Of a DNA stretch of 64,000 nt, positions 57,510 through 64,000 are shown one piece after another. Every line of letters begins with the position of its first letter. Position 1 is the stretch's first letter. The notes below the pieces were generated by a model, which saw nothing but the letters and a program-made list of their open reading frames with translations, was not told where the DNA came from and ran no database searches. The stretch is taken from the IMG/VR virus record IMGVR_UViG_3300010883_026915, positions 16,015 to 80,014 of that record. The stretch is one strand, 5' to 3'. The position numbers were made by a program, and so were the translations under genes. Origin of the DNA: a virus.

Positions 57510-59549
57510 ATGGCAGAAGAATCATCATCAGCATTGTTTAGAAGACTTACAGGATTGTTTAGAAGCGGTCCTGTTATAAAGAGAAAAGTTAGAGACTTTG
57601 AATCTACAAAGAAGACATCGTCTGCGTTCGATCTCTTTAGAAAAAATCAAAGTCATGTCTATAGCTCTGCAATGAGTGCGTATGGAACTTACGATAGAAT
57701 GGCAAGGTATAGTGACTTTAGTGAAATGGAGTATACACCTGAGATAAGTTCTGCACTTGATATATACGCAGAAGAGACAGTTGCTGCAGATGAACATGGG
57801 CAAGTTTTACACATCTATTCAGAAAATCATACTATAAAAAAACTTCTAAGTGATCTTTTTTACGATACACTTAATGTTGAATTTAATTTAACAGCCTGGT
57901 CAAGAAATCTTTGTAAGTACGGAGACTTTTTTCTTTTTAATGATGTAAGCCCAGAGCACGGAGTTATTAATACATTTCCTATTCCAGTAAATGAAATAGA
58001 GCGAGAGGAAGGATTTGATACAGAAGATCCAATGGCTGTTAGATTTAGGTGGGTTACACAGGGAAATCAGATTCTTGAAAACTGGCAAGTAACACACATG
58101 AGAGTCTTGGGGAATGATGCATTTTTACCATACGGCTCTTCTGTACTAGAGGCAGCTAGAAGAATCTGGCGCCAGCTTATACTTGTTGAAGATGCAATGC
58201 TTGTATATAGAATAGTAAGATCACCAGAGAGGAGAGTTTTCTATATTGATGTGGGAAATGTTCCACCGGAAGATATTCCAAATTATATGGAGCAAGTTCA
58301 AGCAACACTTAAAAAAGCACAAGTTGTTGATAAGACGTCTGGTAGGGTTGATTTAAGATATAATCCTTTATCTGTAGACGAAGATTATTACTTGCCAGTT
58401 AGAGGGTCTGAGACTGGAACTAAAATAGATACGCTTGCAGGAGGAACAAATGCAACGGCAATAGAAGATGTTGAATATATTCAAAAGAAACTTTTTGCAG
58501 CACTAAAAATTCCAAAAGCATATCTTGGGTATGACGAGGGCCTTGGCGCAAAGGCAACACTTTCACAAGAAGATGTAAGATTCTCAAGAACAATAGCAAG
58601 AATTCAAAGAACAGTTGTATCAGAGCTAAATAAGCTAGCAATAGTTCACTTATACTGCAACGGCTTCGAGGGAGAGGATCTATTAGATTTTAATCTTGCT
58701 CTTTCAAATCCGTCAACGATTGCACAACAGCAAAAGCTTGAGCTATTTAGAACAAGATTTGATGTTGCAACAACTGCCAACAATATAGAAGGCTTAGTTA
58801 GTAGAGACTGGATAAGAAAGAAACTATTTAATATGACAAATGATGAAATAAGTGTAGTAACTGAGCAGAGGGAGTATGATAGGCTTGAAGACCTTAGGGT
58901 CGAGTCAGTTACACTTCCAGAGTCAGAATCTGATGGCGAACCGCCTGAAAGTGACGATGATGATATTGATGTACCAGAGACTCCGACAGACTTAGCTGAT
59001 TCTGATAATTTTAACAAGTTATCACTTCCAATACTAACAGAACCAGATATAAAAATAATGTCGCTAAATGATGAGCATTCACCAGTTAAGGCACAAGCTG
59101 CAGTTGATAGAGTTGCAAATAATCTTTCAGAGAAAAGCAAACACAAGAAGTCTGAAGATAAAAGATATAAGAATACATTAAGAACTAAAAATAGTCCATT
59201 TTCAGATCCAAAAGGGAAGATGGCTAGCCATTCTGCAGATGATAATGATGATTCACTCGGTGATTTATCAAAACATCAGAGGTACAAAAGATCGTCAGAG
59301 CAAAAGGAGGATGCAAACCCAGCAGCAGCAATATCTAGAGAGCTAAGAAATGCAAGTAAAATGCCTTCAATATTTGAAGCTGACGCAGATTTTGAAAAAT
59401 CTTTTATTGAAGAAAAGGCTAAAAGACAAAATAGATTGAATAACAGACTAAGATATACATTAAAATCTCTTGAAAGAAACATACATATAAAAAAGCCATC
59501 AACGCTTTTATCTGAAGAAAATAATCCAAAAGAAGAAAAAGAGGTATAA
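57510..59549 (+). CDS. Portal protein (T4 gp20-like) with long C-terminal extension
   Basis: PEISSALDIY, QLILVEDAMLVYRIVRSPERRVFYIDVGN, EDYYLPVR, IDTLAGG, IEDVEYIQKKLFAALKIPK. Confidence 0.95.
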   Translation: MAEESSSALFRRLTGLFRSGPVIKRKVRDFESTKKTSSAFDLFRKNQSHVYSSAMSAYGTYDRMARYSDFSEMEYTPEISSALDIYAEETVAADEHGQVLHIYSENHTIKKLLSDLFYDTLNVEFNLTAWSRNLCKYGDFFLFNDVSPEHGVINTFPIPVNEIEREEGFDTEDPMAVRFRWVTQGNQILENWQVTHMRVLGNDAFLPYGSSVLEAARRIWRQLILVEDAMLVYRIVRSPERRVFYIDVGNVPPEDIPNYMEQVQATLKKAQVVDKTSGRVDLRYNPLSVDEDYYLPVRGSETGTKIDTLAGGTNATAIEDVEYIQKKLFAALKIPKAYLGYDEGLGAKATLSQEDVRFSRTIARIQRTVVSELNKLAIVHLYCNGFEGEDLLDFNLALSNPSTIAQQQKLELFRTRFDVATTANNIEGLVSRDWIRKKLFNMTNDEISVVTEQREYDRLEDLRVESVTLPESESDGEPPESDDDDIDVPETPTDLADSDNFNKLSLPILTEPDIKIMSLNDEHSPVKAQAAVDRVANNLSEKSKHKKSEDKRYKNTLRTKNSPFSDPKGKMASHSADDNDDSLGDLSKHQRYKRSSEQKEDANPAAAISRELRNASKMPSIFEADADFEKSFIEEKAKRQNRLNNRLRYTLKSLERNIHIKKPSTLLSEENNPKEEKEV

Positions 59550-59552
59550 ATC

Positions 59553-60410
59553 TTGCCAAAATCTCACAATAAAAAAAGAAATGTAGGGATAGTATATGAA
59601 CTCTTACTCAAAAGAGTAAGTGAGCGTCTAGTATCAGAAAATACTAAAGAAGCACAAGTTGCTTTAGATATTATATCTAAACGATTTAAAAGGGGAACTG
59701 AGCTATATAGAGAGTTTAAACTGTTTAAAGCTCTTGCTAAGTCAAATGTATCTAGCAAGGAGATTGGAATATCAATCTTAAACGAATCAAAGAAAATAGC
59801 AAAGTTAACAAATTTAAAAAAACTTGATAGAGAAAAGTCTGATTTAATAAGAGAGATAAACTATACTTTCAAAGATCAAGGGTTTTATAGAAACTATCTT
59901 TCTGATTACAAAGCTATGGCTACTATTCAAGTTCTTTTAAATGATTGGAGAGATACTGATTCATATAATATTAATAGGGTTGCAGAGTATGAATCAAAAG
60001 TTCTTGATCACATTTTAAAAGAAAAAGTAGAAAAATCGCTTGAGACAGAAAAAAATCCTGACATAGACAGGCTTGTTGTCAAGATAATGTCTGAAAAGAT
60101 TAATAAAAAGTATACAGGTGTATTTAATAGAGATCAAAAGAAAATATTGAACATGTATGCAATATCAAGTGATTCAAATGATAATAAAAAGATTGCAGAG
60201 ATGGAATTGCTTCTTGAGTCAATTAAGGAAAAATCATTAAAATCACTAGAAAGTCTCAAGGATAGTACAAATAATAATATTATTTTTTCAAAAATAGATG
60301 AAGTAAAATCTGCTGTTGCAAAAGAATCATACTCTGACCTAAATGATGAAAAAATATCTAGATTTTTAACAATGATAGATCTTTGTAATGAAATAAGGGA
60401 GATAGCGTAA
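59553..60410 (+). CDS. Hypothetical head-module protein
   Basis: HNKKRNVGIVYELL; lies between portal and prohead protease. Confidence 0.7.
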   Translation: MPKSHNKKRNVGIVYELLLKRVSERLVSENTKEAQVALDIISKRFKRGTELYREFKLFKALAKSNVSSKEIGISILNESKKIAKLTNLKKLDREKSDLIREINYTFKDQGFYRNYLSDYKAMATIQVLLNDWRDTDSYNINRVAEYESKVLDHILKEKVEKSLETEKNPDIDRLVVKIMSEKINKKYTGVFNRDQKKILNMYAISSDSNDNKKIAEMELLLESIKEKSLKSLESLKDSTNNNIIFSKIDEVKSAVAKESYSDLNDEKISRFLTMIDLCNEIREIA

Positions 60411-61021
60411 TGTCAAATTCTATGAAGCTTCTTACTGAGTGGATGCCGCTTAAGTACACAAGTGATTTAATAAAAGAGTCAAAAGTAAATAACGATGGAA
60501 AGATTTTTCTGAAAGGTGTTCTTCAAAAAGCAGACACACTAAATCAGAATGGAAGAGTTTATCCTAGATCTGTACTTGAAAGAGAGATGATAAATTATCA
60601 AAAATTTATATCTGAAAATAGAGCACTTGGTGAATGTGATCACCCAGATACATCTGTAATAGAATTAAAAAATGTTTCACATATTATTAGAGAGGCACGA
60701 CTAGAGGGCGATAATGTAGTTGGAACAATTGAACTTTTAAGTACACCAGCAGGAAAAATACTTCAATCACTTGTTGAGTCCGGAGTAACATTGGGAATAA
60801 GCTCTAGAGGTGTAGGTTCAACAATAAATGAAAATGGAAATCAAATAGTGCAGGATGATTTTCAACTAATATGCTTCGATATGGTAAGCGAGCCATCAAC
60901 ACCAGGAGCATTTATGCTTACTGAGGGCAAGAATGTCAATAGGTCTGATCTAAACAAACACTTTAACGCTTCTGATAGAATAGATAGAATATTTAATGAA
61001 GTTCTTATGTGGGAAAAATGA
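60410..61021 (+). CDS. Prohead core protease (T4 gp21-like)
   Basis: NQNGRVYP, ALGECDHP, NVSH, TPAGKIL, LGISSRGVGS, DMVSEPSTPGA. Confidence 0.95.
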   Translation: MSNSMKLLTEWMPLKYTSDLIKESKVNNDGKIFLKGVLQKADTLNQNGRVYPRSVLEREMINYQKFISENRALGECDHPDTSVIELKNVSHIIREARLEGDNVVGTIELLSTPAGKILQSLVESGVTLGISSRGVGSTINENGNQIVQDDFQLICFDMVSEPSTPGAFMLTEGKNVNRSDLNKHFNASDRIDRIFNEVLMWEK

Positions 61022-61437
61022 GTAAATTAAGAAAATCAGATTTAAAAGAAATAGTAAAGCAATGTTTAATTGAAATTCTTGAAGAAGGTGCTGGCCGAAA
61101 TATTCAAGAAAATAAATTTCAAAATCTGCACGAAGGTAGAGGTTCTGTAAGATCAAATAGAACATCCTTTGATCATGTCAAATGGCAAAAGGAAAATATG
61201 CAGGATGAAAATACAAAAGATAGTTTTGTTGAACACGCAGCAATGCTGTCTGACGATCCAATTCTTGCCGAGGTCTTAGCTGATTCCGGAAAAACACTTC
61301 AAAGACAAATGGCAGCAGAGAGAATGGGAACACCTGCTATGAGCGGTGATTTAGCAGCAAGAGAAGTTGCAGGCTCAAATTTAGAAGATCTATTCCCAGA
61401 CTCAGCTGGGAAGTGGTCAACACTTGCATTTGAATAA
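61018..61437 (+). CDS. Hypothetical head-module protein
   Basis: ATGA overlap with the protease stop gives start 61018 (track 61009); leader LRKSDLKEIVKQCLIEILEEG. Confidence 0.7.
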   Translation: MSKLRKSDLKEIVKQCLIEILEEGAGRNIQENKFQNLHEGRGSVRSNRTSFDHVKWQKENMQDENTKDSFVEHAAMLSDDPILAEVLADSGKTLQRQMAAERMGTPAMSGDLAAREVAGSNLEDLFPDSAGKWSTLAFE

Positions 61438-61496
61438 AAAAAAATTTTTAATATATTTTTTTATCTTTTCGGATATTTATCATTGGGAGGTGCAAA

Positions 61497-61739
61497 TTGC
61501 CTAAACTAACAGTCGATAAAATTAGAAGAATAATTGAGGAAGAGAAAAAGAAGCTTAAAGATGAAAGTTTGATTTCTTCTGAAGCAAAAAGTGATGCATG
61601 GTCAGGAGGAAAAAATCTTGTTCATGCAGTTGATTATGTAAAGAAGCTTGGAATAAAAGAGCAAAAGCTTAGAAGACAAGCGGACCAATATGCAAAATAT
61701 AGAAAAGCATTAAAAATAAAAATATTAAAGGAGCTATAA
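61497..61739 (+). CDS. Small hypothetical head-module protein
   Basis: GGAGG RBS; leader LTVDKIRRIIEEEKKKL. Confidence 0.7.
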   Translation: MPKLTVDKIRRIIEEEKKKLKDESLISSEAKSDAWSGGKNLVHAVDYVKKLGIKEQKLRRQADQYAKYRKALKIKILKEL

Positions 61740-61740
61740 A

Positions 61741-62340
61741 ATGCCTTCAGTAACACAAACAATATTAGACCCGGGAACACCAAAGGGTAATAATCTTGGG
61801 ACAACACTTGGTTCGAGAAATGATTCAACTTTAAAAAATAATTATCCAAATAGCCCAATCTATCTTGGAACATATGAAGATGATGAGAGGAGAGAAATTT
61901 ATATGACTTTATTGGCAAGTGAAAATGTTGTAGCTGAGGTGACCAGCGCGACCTACAGTACAACCCTCCCTATGGGTACAGAGGGTCTTGGAGTGTCATC
62001 CTTTAGCACAAAATACACTGGGGGAGCTCTCGACGAGCGACCTCCAAACTTTGCTGAAATGGCACTGGATACAGATTCGTTTGGCGGCGGCGGCGGTCAG
62101 GCAACAACTCCGTATATTCCTCCCTTGGGATCCACAGATACTGGCGACGAAACAGGTCTTGCTGCATGGACAGGCGCAGCCACAGACTTGCCCGCGGGCG
62201 GCGATCAATATGGATCAGGGCATAATGCTCCAGCAAGCCCATCTGACACATCAGCAAAGATGGATAGTGCTGAATCGACAGATTCTGGCACAATAGGAAG
62301 CTATATAAAGGGAAGATCTTACGCAGGATCAGCAGGATAA
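61741..62340 (+). CDS. Hypothetical Gly/Ser/Thr-rich protein (probable virion component)
   Basis: 199-aa ORF coupled to its neighbours in the head module. Confidence 0.65.
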   Translation: MPSVTQTILDPGTPKGNNLGTTLGSRNDSTLKNNYPNSPIYLGTYEDDERREIYMTLLASENVVAEVTSATYSTTLPMGTEGLGVSSFSTKYTGGALDERPPNFAEMALDTDSFGGGGGQATTPYIPPLGSTDTGDETGLAAWTGAATDLPAGGDQYGSGHNAPASPSDTSAKMDSAESTDSGTIGSYIKGRSYAGSAG

Positions 62341-62344
62341 TAGA

Positions 62345-63019
62345 GTGGCAAAATATACCTCCAATATTCATGCACCGCCTGATAGGTCATCATATCAGGG
62401 GAATAATTTAAAATCGCCGCATGATAGACGGATTAACCACGGCTATGGAAAAGCACAAAAAATTCCAAGCTTCGGTACAGGAATCGGATCAATGACATCA
62501 ATGGGCTCTTCTGATACTGGGATATACCCAGAAGAAGATGATTTTGATTACGCAGAGCAAGATATGCCGTTTGATTCAGCAGACGATTTAGTAAAGTTTA
62601 TATCAAAAGTAAATTTAAATTATAAATCTTCTGATTCAATTAGACCTCGTGCAGATGTATCATCACTTGGTCATTCAAGTAACAAGTTTTCTACAGTAGG
62701 ATTCTCTGAACAAACACAGCTCCCGAAGGCTTTACCTGGTATTTCTCCATTTGGAAGTGATACATTATATCCGAATCTAGGATCTTCTACTGGAGGCTCT
62801 TCAACACAGCATGGATCTACAAGAATTGGCCCAGGTAAAAAGGGTGGAGATGGAACTCAGTTTGGATTTTCAAGAAAACCTCTTGATACTGTAGATGATG
62901 GTATAAGATTTATGTCAATAGTTGACTTATTTTCCTTACCTGACGATGAAAGAAGCTTTCTAAAACAACAGATAAACCTAAAAAAAGCTTTGTACATAGC
63001 AGAATGTTTAGAAAAATAG
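62345..63019 (+). CDS. Hypothetical Gly/Ser-rich protein
   Basis: 224-aa ORF in the head module. Confidence 0.65.
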   Translation: MAKYTSNIHAPPDRSSYQGNNLKSPHDRRINHGYGKAQKIPSFGTGIGSMTSMGSSDTGIYPEEDDFDYAEQDMPFDSADDLVKFISKVNLNYKSSDSIRPRADVSSLGHSSNKFSTVGFSEQTQLPKALPGISPFGSDTLYPNLGSSTGGSSTQHGSTRIGPGKKGGDGTQFGFSRKPLDTVDDGIRFMSIVDLFSLPDDERSFLKQQINLKKALYIAECLEK

Positions 63020-63082
63020 GTAATATATACAGTTAAGTAAGTTTATTTTTCTGAAATTTTTTATTTAAGGAGCAGTTTGATA

Positions 63083-64000
63083 ATGACATCTAAGATTTAT
63101 ACAGAGGCAATAGCTGAGGCTAAGCACCTTAGAGAGGTCGCTGAGCAAAATGCTAAAAATGCAATAGTCGATGCAGTTACACCAAAGATCAGGGAGTTTA
63201 TAGATAATCAACTTCTTGGAGACTCAACTGATAGACATTTTAATGATTCAGATGCTGAGTCTATTATAATGGAATCTATTGGAATAGAAGAGTCAAACGA
63301 AAATAATGAGTATGTAAACCTTGATAATGGCGCTCTTTCTGCTCTGGCAAATTTAATAGGTGCCAATTCAGAAAATAAAACAGTACTGGCTGCACTTGCT
63401 GAGTCTGTTAACAGTATGGGTTCTAATAATGCAAAGCTTATAGACTCAGCGGCTAAAAAAATATTACATAGTAATGATAGTTTTAAATCTAACAGGATAA
63501 ATAATGTTATGAGTGATACACAGGAGAACTCAAAGATGGGATTAAATGAAGTAGTTTATGATGTGGATATTAATCTTCTCAAGGAAGAGATGGATTCACA
63601 TTCTCGTGCAAAAAATATTGACGATGCAATGTCTGAAGAAGATACTGAGTCTAAAATGTTTGCAGAAGATGCTGATGAAATCAGTGATGCAGACAAGAAA
63701 GAGCTTCAGGAAATGTTAGCATCACTTGGGATTCTAAATGAGGATGTCATTGAAATTGACCTTGGCGATGTAGAACTTCCTGATGATCTCATGCCTGTTG
63801 CAAGTGTAGTAAGGGATGAAGAAGATGAGGACGATGACCTTGAAGTAATGGACGTTGAAGATGATATGGACGCAGATGACGTAGAATCACCTCTTGATGA
63901 CCTCGCTTCAGAAGAAGATCTTGAATCCCTTGATGTAGCTCCTGCAATTGCTCCTCGCATCTTCAGACCCGCATTACTAAGCGTTAGAGCTATAGTTAGA
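63083..64000 (+). CDS. Prohead core/scaffold-like acidic protein, truncated by the window end
   Basis: AAGGAG RBS, ATG at 63083, open for 306 codons to base 64000: MTSKIYTEAIAEAKHLREVAEQNAKNAIVDAVTPKIREFID..., then very D/E-rich; position after the protease; absent from the ORF track. Confidence 0.75.
   Translation, partial: MTSKIYTEAIAEAKHLREVAEQNAKNAIVDAVTPKIREFIDNQLLGDSTDRHFNDSDAESIIMESIGIEESNENNEYVNLDNGALSALANLIGANSENKTVLAALAESVNSMGSNNAKLIDSAAKKILHSNDSFKSNRINNVMSDTQENSKMGLNEVVYDVDINLLKEEMDSHSRAKNIDDAMSEEDTESKMFAEDADEISDADKKELQEMLASLGILNEDVIEIDLGDVELPDDLMPVASVVRDEEDEDDDLEVMDVEDDMDADDVESPLDDLASEEDLESLDVAPAIAPRIFRPALLSVRAIVR

Noticed and set aside
55863-59549. Intein or group I intron in terminase or portal
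   Set aside because: Both frames are continuous, core motifs are normally spaced, and no splicing or homing-endonuclease motifs were seen
244-63960. Dozens of short minus-strand and alternate-frame ORFs in the ORF track
   Set aside because: All lie inside longer + strand genes with recognisable motifs, and none shows a recognisable motif of its own; they are shadow ORFs
1-64000. Stop-codon reassignment
   Set aside because: Long genes are intact in the standard code, and TAA, TAG and TGA all end genes immediately before the next start
1-64000. tRNA, rRNA or other structured RNA genes
   Set aside because: No cloverleaf or T-arm signature noticed; intergenic regions are short and AT-rich apart from the terminator at 33677

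Overview
A 64-kb, AT-rich (roughly 30-35% GC by eye) segment of a large T4-superfamily-like myovirus, probably a jumbo phage. All credible genes lie on the + strand, tightly packed and read in the standard code. From left to right: (1) 1-12968, a glycan biosynthesis and modification island: CMP-sugar synthetase-cupin fusion, SDR, AroB-like cyclase, two small HAD proteins, sugar O-methyltransferase, two NDP-sugar epimerases, HddA, GmhA, UDP-glucose dehydrogenase, TagD-like nucleotidyltransferase, sulfotransferase and two GT-B glycosyltransferases, interrupted by a Cas4-like nuclease. (2) A gp55-like late sigma factor, then ~36 kb of baseplate, fibre and other virion genes (gp5-, gp25-, gp6-like, LamG, FN3-like, tail-collar-like) and a J-domain protein. 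(3) RuvC-like resolvase, primase and a fused SbcD-SbcC (gp47-gp46) nuclease. (4) Head module: terminase, portal, prohead protease, small head proteins and a scaffold-like ORF running off the right end, which the ORF track misses. Most interesting signals: a strong [ST]-G-[ST] tripeptide enrichment in several virion proteins next to a complete glycosylation toolkit (candidate phage virion-glycosylation system with its own sequon); short in-frame GC3-rich islets scattered through virion genes (candidate micro-patch diversification); an AroB-like/CMP-transferase cassette that may make a carbocyclic sugar; and an ATA(T/A)TTA late-promoter candidate. All product calls come from motif recognition only; no searches were run.
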